From: Candidatus Hydrogenedentota bacterium
GTDB lineage: Bacteria; Hydrogenedentota; Hydrogenedentia; Hydrogenedentales; SLHB01
Length of the DNA stretch: 64,000 nucleotides
Assembly: GCA_963674865.2 (NCBI GenBank)
Contig: CAXXYE010000009.1
Coordinates: forward strand, 1,440,001 to 1,504,000
Direction of reading: 5' to 3'
The notes under the pieces were generated by a model, which saw only the letters and a program-made list of their open reading frames with translations, was not told the DNA's origin and did no database searches. Position 1 is the first letter of the stretch. Each line of letters begins with the position of its first letter. The position numbers were made by a program, and so were the translations under genes. Shown here one piece after another: positions 38,716-47,717 of the stretch.

Positions 38716-39426
38716 TCATTCATCATCGAGTTCCCGCACCACACGAAAGCCATTCGTGGGATCCTGCAAGTACATTTCCTGGTGCGCAACGTTCCCGCAG
38801 TTGCAGTACTTGGATCTATCGTCGGCGCCACCACCCATGACAAAGAACCATTTCCCACCTGGCGTGCTCGGATCTGTGCAGAGTTCGTCCGCGTTTCCGC
38901 ACATATCATATAGGCCCCACGCATTTGGCGTCGTCTGACGGACTTGCTTCGGCTCGCCGTGGCTGTTCTCCCAACACCATGCGTACCTGTCGTCGAACGC
39001 ATCCCCCCAGTAATACTTGGTGGTTGAACCTGCCCGGCAGGCGTACTCCCATTCATCACGATCTGGCAGCCGATAGCCCCGGCCATCCCCCGCCCGCAAG
39101 GCCCTGCAAAAGAGTTCTACATCCTTCCATGCGACCTTTGTCTCGGGCTTGTCCCCATCATCCCCGTAGTACGGCTCCTGATAGACGACCTCAAACCATT
39201 GAGCACGTGTGATCTCGCAGGCCGTCATCTCGAAAGCGTGATCGATGCGAACTTCCTGCCCATCCCGTACAAACGTGCCCGGATGGATCGTCACCCATTC
39301 AACGCCGGTGCGCTCGAGTATTGCCTCCATGACGCGCTTCTTGCTTGGCGAGCACCCCACCAGGCACAGACTTACTAGGACGCACGTCATGAGCCGCCGC
39401 CATCCGAGGCCCCGGCCTTTTGCCAT
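38716..39426 (-). CDS. FGE-sulfatase (SUMF1/CLec-fold) lipoprotein, copy 3
   Basis: LVGC lipobox; RLPDRDEWEYACRAG, PNAWGLYDMCGNA, GFRVV. Confidence 0.9.
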   Translation of the reverse strand: MAKGRGLGWRRLMTCVLVSLCLVGCSPSKKRVMEAILERTGVEWVTIHPGTFVRDGQEVRIDHAFEMTACEITRAQWFEVVYQEPYYGDDGDKPETKVAWKDVELFCRALRAGDGRGYRLPDRDEWEYACRAGSTTKYYWGDAFDDRYAWCWENSHGEPKQVRQTTPNAWGLYDMCGNADELCTDPSTPGGKWFFVMGGGADDRSKYCNCGNVAHQEMYLQDPTNGFRVVRELDDE

Positions 39427-39439
39427 CCGCGCCGCCTCC

Positions 39440-40147
39440 CTAGTCATCATCGAGTTCCCGCACCACACGGAATCCACTGAAGGCCGATCCATAACCGTCC
39501 TCCGGCATGAAAGTGTCGCAGGCGCAGTACTTCGGCCTATTGCCTGTACTGCCGCCCATGACGACGAGGAATTCCGGACTTGGCATCTTCTGATTCGTGC
39601 AGAGCTCTTCCGCGTTTCCAACCATATCGTACAAACCCCATGCATTCGGTAGCTTCTGACGGACTTGCTGCGGCTCGCCCCGGGCGTTTTCAAGACACCA
39701 GGCGTATCTAGCGTCGAACTCATCTCCCCAGTAGCTCTTGGTTGTCGAGCCGGCCCGGCAGGCGTATTCCCATTCATCACGCTCAGGTAGCCGGTACACC
39801 CGGCCATCCGCCGCCCGCAAGGCCCTGCAAAAGAGATCCGTATCCTGCCACCCTACCCCCGTCTTCGGCTTGTCGCCGTCATCCCCGTAGTACGGCTGTT
39901 GGTAGACGACCTCAAACCATTGAGCACGTGTGATCTCACAGGCCGTCATCTCGAAAGCGTGATCGATGCGGACTTCCTGCCCATCCCGTACAAACGTGCC
40001 CGGATGGATCGTCACCCATTCAACGCCGGTGCGCTCGAGTATTGCCTCCATGACGCGCTTCTTGCTTGGCGAGCAGCCCGCCAGGCACAGACCTACTAGG
40101 ACGCACGCAATGGCCAGCCTCCATCCGTGGCCTCGGCCTTTTGCCAT
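39440..40147 (-). CDS. FGE-sulfatase (SUMF1/CLec-fold) lipoprotein, copy 2
   Basis: LAGC lipobox; RLPERDEWEYACRAG, PNAWGLYDMVGNA, GFRVV. Confidence 0.9.
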   Translation of the reverse strand: MAKGRGHGWRLAIACVLVGLCLAGCSPSKKRVMEAILERTGVEWVTIHPGTFVRDGQEVRIDHAFEMTACEITRAQWFEVVYQQPYYGDDGDKPKTGVGWQDTDLFCRALRAADGRVYRLPERDEWEYACRAGSTTKSYWGDEFDARYAWCLENARGEPQQVRQKLPNAWGLYDMVGNAEELCTNQKMPSPEFLVVMGGSTGNRPKYCACDTFMPEDGYGSAFSGFRVVRELDDD

Positions 40148-40160
40148 TCCCGCCGCCTCC

Positions 40161-40919
40161 CTAGTCATCATCGAGTTCCCGAACTACGCGGAATCCCGCG
40201 TCCGGCCATCGCTCAGCGACCGCCGTCAGCCTAGAGCTGCTACAACCGCAGTTCTCGCCCCGCATCGCGGCCGAGCCTCCCATAGAGAAGGGCCAACGCA
40301 CCGGCTTTGTCCGCGCGAGGATGAATTCGCCGGCGTTCCCTTCCATGTCATACAGCCCCCATGCGTTCGGCTTCTTCGTGCCAACATCATGCACCTCTCC
40401 GCCGCTGCTCTCGTAGCTCCATGCGAATGCTTCGTCGAAGTCGTCTCCCCACGCGTAGCGCGTTGCCGCGCCCGCCCGGCAGGCGTGCTCCCATTCATTC
40501 CAGCGGGGGAGGCGGTAGGTGCGGCCGTCCGTTTCACTCAGCTTCTCGCAGAATAGCAGCGCCTCGTGATACCGGATACGAGTCATCGGCTTGTTGCCGT
40601 CATTGCCGTCGTAGCGCTGCCCCGTCATAACTTCGCGCCATTGCGCCCGTGTGATCTCGAAGGCGCTCAACTCGAATGCCTTCTCGACCACCGGCTTCCC
40701 GTCCGGGCCCTGGGGAGTCATATACGGGTGTTTGCTGGGAGTTGGAGTGAAGGAGCCCGGCTGGATCAGAACCCATTGGATCCGCTCGGCCGGCCCTTTG
40801 GTGCATGTGACGCCCGTCCCGGCCAGCCACAGGCACAGAATGGCCCGCATCCAGCCGCAAGCGCGTGTATTGCGCGGCAGCGCTTCGCTTGTATGGATAC
40901 TCCCCCGACTGTGCGACAT
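40161..40919 (-). CDS. FGE-sulfatase (SUMF1/CLec-fold) secreted protein, copy 1
   Basis: EITRAQW, RLPRWNEWEHACRAG, PNAWGLYDMEGNA, GFRVV. Confidence 0.88.
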   Translation of the reverse strand: MSHSRGSIHTSEALPRNTRACGWMRAILCLWLAGTGVTCTKGPAERIQWVLIQPGSFTPTPSKHPYMTPQGPDGKPVVEKAFELSAFEITRAQWREVMTGQRYDGNDGNKPMTRIRYHEALLFCEKLSETDGRTYRLPRWNEWEHACRAGAATRYAWGDDFDEAFAWSYESSGGEVHDVGTKKPNAWGLYDMEGNAGEFILARTKPVRWPFSMGGSAAMRGENCGCSSSRLTAVAERWPDAGFRVVRELDDD

Positions 40920-40938
40920 CCTTCAGTCCACACCTGAT

Positions 40939-41057
40939 TAGTGTTCTGACTCATAATTGGCGTTGCTTATCCGCGGATGAAGAAGCGCCAAGAAGAAGCG
41001 AAAAACGGGGACTGACACAAGCGGAGCGAAGCTGAGACGTGTCTGTCCCTGCTTTTC
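40939..41057. repeat. About 119-bp dispersed intergenic repeat, copy A
   Basis: TAGTGTTCTGACTCAT...GGGGACTGACAC...GTGTCTGTCCCTGCTTTTC, near-identical to 47584-47701. Confidence 0.9.
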
Positions 41058-41070
41058 CCCGAGCCTGTGC

Positions 41071-41907
41071 TCACATGTCCTTCTCTCCACGCCGCCCGGC
41101 GAACAGGATATGCGAACCGAGTTCCGGCGCGCTCAAACAGGCCTCCGATTCGGCATCCTCGAGCGCGGCCCAAACCTCCCGATCAGATTGTAACACTACT
41201 AACCTCTCCGCGGGAAGTGTCAGGAGCGCATTAGTGCCTCGCATCTCTAACACATCAAGGCCTGTTTGCGAGAGGATATGCACCAACTCCTTGCTCCGAA
41301 AGAAATGCGCCGGCTGATCGGTAAGCGTCGTCTCGCCGGGAGGGAAATCCCCCGTTTCGAGAAACGCCTTAAGCGCTTGCGGATGGCCGTCGGCAACCGG
41401 ATCCCAGCCGTAGACAAGGCCCGTCCTTAACGCGCTCAGACGGCTCATTACGCTGCCAAGAATCAATCCCCCAGGTTTGCAGACGCGCATTAGCTCCTGA
41501 AGCGCTGCTTCAACCTGTTCTCTGACGTACGAAAGTGCGCCACCCAAGCACAAAACAACATCGAACGAGCCGTCCGGCAGGAAGCTCAGATCCACAATGT
41601 CGCCCCGGTGGATCCCCGCGATGCGGCTCAGAAGGCGGGCCTCACGGAATCTCGCTTCCGCCTCGGACAGCAGCCTCTCGGAAAGATCCACCAACGTGAG
41701 TTCGCATCCCGCCTCCGCAAGTGCGAGCGCAAATCGCCCGGGCCCCGAGCCCGCGTCAAGCACCTTGCTGCCCGGTGGGATGTAACGGGCAAGGAAGCGA
41801 TGGATCTGCTCCAGTTGCACGCGCCCCAGAGGCGAGTCAAAACGGTTCCACTCGGCCCCAGCGTCCCGCTCGTAGAGGCGGCGTATCTCTTCCGGATCGT
41901 AGCCCAT
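41071..41907 (-). CDS. Class I SAM-dependent methyltransferase
   Basis: VLDAGSGPGRF, LVDLS, FDVVLCLGGALSY. Confidence 0.88.
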   Translation of the reverse strand: MGYDPEEIRRLYERDAGAEWNRFDSPLGRVQLEQIHRFLARYIPPGSKVLDAGSGPGRFALALAEAGCELTLVDLSERLLSEAEARFREARLLSRIAGIHRGDIVDLSFLPDGSFDVVLCLGGALSYVREQVEAALQELMRVCKPGGLILGSVMSRLSALRTGLVYGWDPVADGHPQALKAFLETGDFPPGETTLTDQPAHFFRSKELVHILSQTGLDVLEMRGTNALLTLPAERLVVLQSDREVWAALEDAESEACLSAPELGSHILFAGRRGEKDM

Positions 41908-41966
41908 CAGCCTGTACCTCTTTCCCTGCATCCGTCCGGCGCTTGTCGAGTCCCGCGCCGCGCGCG

Positions 41967-43325
41967 CTACTCCCTCGCCACAGGCTTGCGCACCTCCAGA
42001 TGAATATTGCTTGCCTCTGCGCCGAGTTCCATCCAAGGCTCGTGAGGACTATGAACGGTGATGACGCCGAAAAGATCCCGCCCGCCGATAGCCGGATCCT
42101 TGGACTTGACAAGTACAACGGCGCGATCGCGCCCGTCGTGAACCGTGCAATCGACAAACTCGACTCCCCCGTGGCTCTGCGTCAACTCGGGGCGGCGCAA
42201 GTTGATGAACACCGGCGCGTGGCCTTCCTCAGGCTTCGACTCGCCCGCCCAGGCGTTGCTCCAGTTGCAGTTGGCGAACCGCACGCGCACGTTGTCGGCA
42301 GACTTGTCGTAAATCTTGGCGCCTTCCTTGCCGGTGTCTTCGGCGGTGCAGTTGCGGAACTCAACCATCCCTTGAGGGCCGTCATCCTTCACGGCCCCCA
42401 CCACCATGCCCGCCGACTTGCCCCCGCGGCAGAGGCAATTCTCGAACAAGACGGAAACAGGTTCGGTTTCGCGCGAGAGGTTCTTCAGGTAGACGAGGAT
42501 CCCGTGCCCCTCGTTATTCTCCATGACGCAATTGCGGATCACGCAGTTGACGAGTTTCTCGGCGGCGTGGTTTGGCTCGAGATCGATGCCTGCCGCCGGG
42601 CCCGTGCCGGAGGTATTCGAGAAGGCGCAGTTCTCCACGAGCAGATTGACGGCGCCGATCACGCTCAGGCCTTGTCGGTGATTGTCATCGCACACCACAT
42701 CGCGGATCACCACGTCCTCGCAGTACGGCAGGTTGCCCGTCGCGCCCAAGTAGATGCCGTCGCCGCCGCTGCTCTCCAGCCGGAGGCCTTCCACCCGGAT
42801 CCCCTTGCATCCGCGGAACGCCAAGGCCATGCGCCATTCCGCTTTCTCATAGGCATCGCTCTGATAGTCCCTCTTGCGCATCCGCAGGACGGCCCCGTAA
42901 CCGCGGAGCGTGATATTGGCCTCGTCCCTGGCGGTGAAGAGGCTATCGCCCTTCCCTTTGAACTCGCCTTCCTTGGCCAGCACCAGCACGCCGGGCGCGA
43001 ACGTGATCTCCAGATTGCTCCGCAGCGTGATGGGCCGGACGATCCACGGCGTGCCCATGAAGGGCACCACCACCCGCGGCGCGCCGCTGTCGATGGCCGC
43101 CTGGAGGGCCTCTGTCGAATCCTCCGCGTCAAATCCCCAACGCGACGCGTCCACGCTCTCTACCGCAGCGGCCTCCGGCTCCGCGGGCCCGCCCGGGGCC
43201 GTGGCGCATCCCGCGCAAATGGTGAGAAGCCCCGCCAGCAACCTGGCCACGCCCCGCGCGTGTCTCCCGCTTGCCCTTCCAGCCTCGCCGCCCTCCTGCC
43301 CTTGCCTGTGTTTCCAAGATCGCAT
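41967..43325 (-). CDS. Right-handed parallel beta-helix (pectate lyase-like) secreted protein
   Basis: DSTEALQAAIDSG, GGDGIYLG, NHRQGLSVI, AGIDLEPN. Confidence 0.85.
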   Translation of the reverse strand: MRSWKHRQGQEGGEAGRASGRHARGVARLLAGLLTICAGCATAPGGPAEPEAAAVESVDASRWGFDAEDSTEALQAAIDSGAPRVVVPFMGTPWIVRPITLRSNLEITFAPGVLVLAKEGEFKGKGDSLFTARDEANITLRGYGAVLRMRKRDYQSDAYEKAEWRMALAFRGCKGIRVEGLRLESSGGDGIYLGATGNLPYCEDVVIRDVVCDDNHRQGLSVIGAVNLLVENCAFSNTSGTGPAAGIDLEPNHAAEKLVNCVIRNCVMENNEGHGILVYLKNLSRETEPVSVLFENCLCRGGKSAGMVVGAVKDDGPQGMVEFRNCTAEDTGKEGAKIYDKSADNVRVRFANCNWSNAWAGESKPEEGHAPVFINLRRPELTQSHGGVEFVDCTVHDGRDRAVVLVKSKDPAIGGRDLFGVITVHSPHEPWMELGAEASNIHLEVRKPVARE

Positions 43326-43701
43326 GATGCTTCCTCGCCTTTGTTTGATGCATGAACGCACTGTCAACGCAGAAAGTCAGAATATAGGAGCCTGCCGGAC
43401 ATTGCCAGCAGCTCGCCTTCACTCCGTATCGCTGGGGAACTCGACAGCGCCGTGTCCGCCCCACGTTGGACGTGCTCCGCGATTGGTGGAATATCCAGTT
43501 TCTTCGGCTTCCCAGCCGTATGCCCACAGCCATGGCGGAGCCTCTTCGCTGGAATCATACAGGGCCATAGGTTCTAATCCTCCCGGAATGGCCGTCCACG
43601 GCAAGCTTGTGTTGGAGCGGCATACGGTTGAGCTGTCTCCCGTCTTGCGTCACCGTTCAACGTCGTGGATTGTCTATTCTAAAGAGCAAGAGGACGGGAG
43701 C

Positions 43702-46700
43702 ATGTTACGAAGTCGAGGACAGAGCGACGCGAAGGCCGTGGCGGCGGTTTGTCGCGGACAGGTAGCCGCGTTCGGCGAATTGGTGGACTACTATCTGCCG
43801 GTGGTTCGGGCGCTGGCATACAGCCAGACGCGGAACCACGCCGATGCGGAAGATATCATCCAGGAGACTTTCTTGCGGGCTTTCCGCTCGTTGCCTGCGT
43901 TGCGAGATGCCCATCGCTTTGGATCGTGGCTCGTCACGATTGCGCGCAATACGGGACTGAACTTCCTCAAAGCGCGCACGCGCGAGGCGGAAGTGCTTGC
44001 AGACTACCGCCCAAGCGAGGTCGTCGAGTCGGACGCAGCCGCGCATGAGCTACGCGCTCTGATCCGGACGCGCATCGATGACCTCGAGCCGCCGCACCGC
44101 GAGGTGCTCCTGCTCTACTACTTCGCACACAAGTCTGTGGCCGAAGTGGCCGGCCTGCTGTGTATCAGTCGCAGTGCGGTTAAGAAACGGCTCCAGCGAG
44201 CGCGGGAGACGCTTGGAGAGAGTCTCCTTGATAGTGTCGGGAGGGATCTCGCGCTCGAAGGGGACCTGCCTGAATCGAAAACGCGAATCATGATGGCGGT
44301 GATGGCCTGCCCGATCCCGCAAGGGGGAATAGTGGCGCTGGAGGCTGTCGGCAGTGGCGCGGCGGGCCATACACTCGCTACATTGGGAGGGGCTCTTGTG
44401 CTCAAGAAACTCGTGCTCGTCGGCGTTGTCGCCGGAGTGGCCTGTCTGACATGGTGGGGGCTCCGGACAAGGAACGAAGAGCGAGACGGCCAAACACGAC
44501 TCACCGCGAGCCAATCGCTGAAGGCGTCTGCGCCTTCGACGCAGCCCTCCGAAGCAATGGTTGAGACGGCACGTTCTTTCGTAGACGAGGACACTGCGTC
44601 GCCAGGGGGACCTCTCGAGATTGACGTATCCGGGATCGTGCTTGAGCCGTCCGGAAGGCGGGCAGCAGAAGCGAAAGTGATAGCGTTCACCGAAACGCCG
44701 GAGACTGAGGTCGAGGCAAAGTCAAACGCGGCCGGCGTGTTCGAGATGGCAGGATTTGTGCCGGCTAGTGAGCTGTACCTGCGCGCGAGCCTGGGACAAT
44801 GGATAAGCAAGCTCTATGGCCCGATCCCGTTGAGTGACGAAGGACTGGACGGTTACCAAATCCAACTGGTGGTGCCCGGAGGCGCGCGCGGCATGGTTGT
44901 CGATCTGAAGGGCGTGCCGGTGCAGGGCGCTGGCATCCGTGTCCGTCCCGGAGACAAATCCCAGGAGGACTTGAAGGTAACCGCTGGTGCGGACGGCGCG
45001 TTCCGTGTGTTGGGCCTCGTTCCGATGGAATACGCGTTTACGCCGGAACCGCCCGATGCCATGAAAGCGCTGGGCGGCGAAGGTGTTTCCATTCAGGTGC
45101 AGGCCGGCGTCGTCCGCGAGGGCCTTCGACTGGTTCTCGACTTGGGCGGCGACGCCGTCATCTCGGGGCGAGTACTCGACACGGCGGGATCTCCCGTTAG
45201 CGGCGCCTTCGTTTGCATCTTCAATCAGGTGGACTGGACAACACGTAGCGATGAGGACGGCCACTACCGCCTCGAAGGTTTGTCGGAGGCCACCCACGCC
45301 GTAGAAGCATATAAGCGTGGATATGGAACGCGAACACACTGGGAAGTGCCGGGCGGAAGTGAAAATATCGATTTCGTCCTGCCCCAGGTGCAGACTACAT
45401 TCGCAGGCCAAGTTGTACGAGCGGATACGCTCGTACCGATTCGCCGCTTTGAGGCGCTCGTACTTCCGGGGGGAAGCCCGGACAACTTGCAGCAGTTCAG
45501 AAATTGGGCATTCGTGCCGTTCGAGGACCCCGAGGGGCGGTTCCGCATCGACGATGTCGAGCATTTGGGATATGGTTGGGCCCTCTACCTGGCGCGGGCG
45601 GACGGCTTCGCGCTAGCGCACGAGGTCGTCCGGATTGCTGACGAAGGCCCGCCGGTGGAGCCCGTACTACGTCTGGACGCGCAAGCGACGGTGAACGGGG
45701 TGGTCGTGGATGCATCGGGGAAGCCGGTGCCCGGTAGCCGCGTATTCATCGGGCCTCTCCGCGACCTCGCGAACCTCACGCAGGAATCGGCAGCTATCGC
45801 CAACGCGGACGGCTCGTTCGCCCTGAACGGCCTCTCGGAAGATACAGAGATCATCTCAGCCTATCATGCGGACTATCCGCCCGGGGCGACAACCGTGTCT
45901 CTGAAAGCCGGTGAGACGACGTCGGTGCGCATCGTGCTTTCCGAAGGCGGCGTCCTTGAAGGCGTTGTCACGCTGGACGGCAGGCCTCAGGCCGACGTCA
46001 GCGTGTCGCTGCATCAGCCAGGCGAGCTTGGCGGCTCTCTGTTCGATGGGCACTCTGATACCTCCGGGCGCTTCCGCTTCACGTCTTTGACGCCGGGGCC
46101 TATGGAGGTTTCCGCATTCTATCCGCGTGCTGAGAACAGTTCTTCCCACGCGACACGTCGCCTTATTCAACCTGTAGTCATTGCCCGGGGGCAGACTACG
46201 GTGGTGGATTTGGACTTGCGAACCTGGGAGGGCGTATTGGAAGGTACAGCCCACTACGACGGCCTCTTGCCGAGATCGGGACACCTGAAGGTGTTTGCCG
46301 CGTCCGACGAGGGGCGAGCCTTTGCCAGCACGGGCCTTGACGGTGGAGCGTTCCGAATCGAAGGGCTGCCACCAGGCGCTGCACAAGTCGAGGCGACGGC
46401 CTTCTTCGACAATGTCGGATCGGTGGTGCGTACGAAACACCTCGACATCGAGTTGTTGGAGGGCCTGAACGAGATCACCGTAGACTTTGCTCAGGGCGCG
46501 CGACTCGGAGGCTCCGTAGCGGGCCTACGTGTCGAGGAGGAGGCATTTGTCGACGTTTATCGGGGAGCGCTTGACGAAGTGCAGCTCGCCGACAACCACC
46601 ACAGCGATCTTGTTTGGCAGGGGCCGCTGCGAGGAGACGGGACGTTTCTCGCAACGGGTTTTCAGCCCGGCACGTATACGATCCGAGTCACTATCTCAGA

Positions 46701-46806
46701 TGGATCCGCCGCCATCGCCTCTGAACGCGGAGTCGCCTTGGCCGGCGTGGTGGTCGATCTAGCCAATGACAAAGCAGACGGGTGGGTGGAATTCTCCGCT
46801 CACTGA
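43702..46806 (+). CDS. ECF sigma factor fused via a TM to carboxypeptidase-regulatory-like (beta-sandwich) repeats
   Basis: DAEDIIQETFLRAF...FGSWLVTIARN (region 2), AVKKRLQRARETL (region 4), TM, repeated ISGRVLDTAGSPVSGA-type units. Confidence 0.88.
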   Translation: MLRSRGQSDAKAVAAVCRGQVAAFGELVDYYLPVVRALAYSQTRNHADAEDIIQETFLRAFRSLPALRDAHRFGSWLVTIARNTGLNFLKARTREAEVLADYRPSEVVESDAAAHELRALIRTRIDDLEPPHREVLLLYYFAHKSVAEVAGLLCISRSAVKKRLQRARETLGESLLDSVGRDLALEGDLPESKTRIMMAVMACPIPQGGIVALEAVGSGAAGHTLATLGGALVLKKLVLVGVVAGVACLTWWGLRTRNEERDGQTRLTASQSLKASAPSTQPSEAMVETARSFVDEDTASPGGPLEIDVSGIVLEPSGRRAAEAKVIAFTETPETEVEAKSNAAGVFEMAGFVPASELYLRASLGQWISKLYGPIPLSDEGLDGYQIQLVVPGGARGMVVDLKGVPVQGAGIRVRPGDKSQEDLKVTAGADGAFRVLGLVPMEYAFTPEPPDAMKALGGEGVSIQVQAGVVREGLRLVLDLGGDAVISGRVLDTAGSPVSGAFVCIFNQVDWTTRSDEDGHYRLEGLSEATHAVEAYKRGYGTRTHWEVPGGSENIDFVLPQVQTTFAGQVVRADTLVPIRRFEALVLPGGSPDNLQQFRNWAFVPFEDPEGRFRIDDVEHLGYGWALYLARADGFALAHEVVRIADEGPPVEPVLRLDAQATVNGVVVDASGKPVPGSRVFIGPLRDLANLTQESAAIANADGSFALNGLSEDTEIISAYHADYPPGATTVSLKAGETTSVRIVLSEGGVLEGVVTLDGRPQADVSVSLHQPGELGGSLFDGHSDTSGRFRFTSLTPGPMEVSAFYPRAENSSSHATRRLIQPVVIARGQTTVVDLDLRTWEGVLEGTAHYDGLLPRSGHLKVFAASDEGRAFASTGLDGGAFRIEGLPPGAAQVEATAFFDNVGSVVRTKHLDIELLEGLNEITVDFAQGARLGGSVAGLRVEEEAFVDVYRGALDEVQLADNHHSDLVWQGPLRGDGTFLATGFQPGTYTIRVTISDGSAAIASERGVALAGVVVDLANDKADGWVEFSAH

Positions 46807-46838
46807 CGGATAGGGCCGCTTGCGCTGGGCGCGAGGCG

Positions 46839-47537
46839 TTACCGAGAGTCTTCAAGTCCGTCGAGAGTCTCAAGGGCCTTGACGAATGCCCTCGTCATGG
46901 GGAAAGGGCCGGGATAGGGAAGGAATGCGGTGTGGCCGTCTAGGTAGGCCACCCACGCGCCGGAGGCGCGGTAGTGCCCCGGGCGCTCCACAAACACGGG
47001 GATACGAGCAGCCACATCGGCGTCGTGGTCGAAAGGGACGCCCTCCTTGTCGAGGAAATCAGCCATCTCCAGTCGAAGGCGGTAGAGCGTGTCGCCGCCC
47101 AGCGTGCCTGTGCCGGCGGCGACGGGGATGTCCGTGTCGAAGCCCGCACCTTTGGCCGCTTGCTCCCGGTATGCTTGGACAAACGCCTGGCCTTCCGCCT
47201 CATTGGTGACGGCGAAGCCCAGGTACACCATGTAATCATCGTCGAAGCACGCCTCCGAAGCATCCTCGGCCACGTAATCCGGATTCATCATATCGAGATC
47301 AAAGGTGAGGTGCCCGGCTTGCGGGGCCATTGCGGGGAACAGGCCGTCGCGCTGCCCGGCAAAGGCCGCGGCATACGTCCAAGCCTCTTGGGGCGCCACA
47401 CGCGCATCCGCTTGCCGTAGGCTCTCCTGCATCCGAAGCAGGAGCAGGCAGCCGGGGATAAGCGTGAGCGCCCAGACGACGGCGCAACCGCCGGCAATGG
47501 GATTGAACCACAGTTTTCTTACTGGCTTCTGAGCCAT
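46839..47537 (-). CDS. Membrane-anchored hypothetical protein with an H-X9-DG-like C-terminal motif
   Basis: N-terminal TM; GHYRASGAWVAYLDGHT. Confidence 0.65.
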   Translation of the reverse strand: MAQKPVRKLWFNPIAGGCAVVWALTLIPGCLLLLRMQESLRQADARVAPQEAWTYAAAFAGQRDGLFPAMAPQAGHLTFDLDMMNPDYVAEDASEACFDDDYMVYLGFAVTNEAEGQAFVQAYREQAAKGAGFDTDIPVAAGTGTLGGDTLYRLRLEMADFLDKEGVPFDHDADVAARIPVFVERPGHYRASGAWVAYLDGHTAFLPYPGPFPMTRAFVKALETLDGLEDSR

Positions 47538-47583
47538 GGGCCCTCGATGGGACTCCTCGACGCGGGAGACCCCGCCCCTCCGC

Positions 47584-47701
47584 TAGTGTTCTGACTCATG
47601 ATTGACGTTGCTTATCTGCGGACAAAGAAGCGCCAAGAAGAAGCGAAAAACGGGGACTGACACAAGCGGAGCGAAGCGAGACGTGTCTGTCCCTGCTTTT
47701 C
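47584..47701. repeat. About 118-bp dispersed intergenic repeat, copy B
   Basis: Direct repeat of 40939-41057 with a few substitutions and a 1-bp indel. Confidence 0.9.
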
Positions 47702-47717
47702 GAGCGTGCGTCATACG

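Noticed and set aside
38700..40187. Three regularly spaced repeats as a CRISPR array or integron attC sites
   Set aside because: Spacing is about 720 bp, the repeats overlap coding ends and RBSs and are not palindromic, and no cas or intI gene is present
38716..40919. Complete diversity-generating retroelement
   Set aside because: No reverse transcriptase, avd or template repeat in the window; kept only as a hypothesis
42910..43701. N-terminal 264 aa of the 1298-aa ORF
   Set aside because: Antisense to the beta-helix gene and intergenic DNA; sigma homology and the RBS point to ATG 43702
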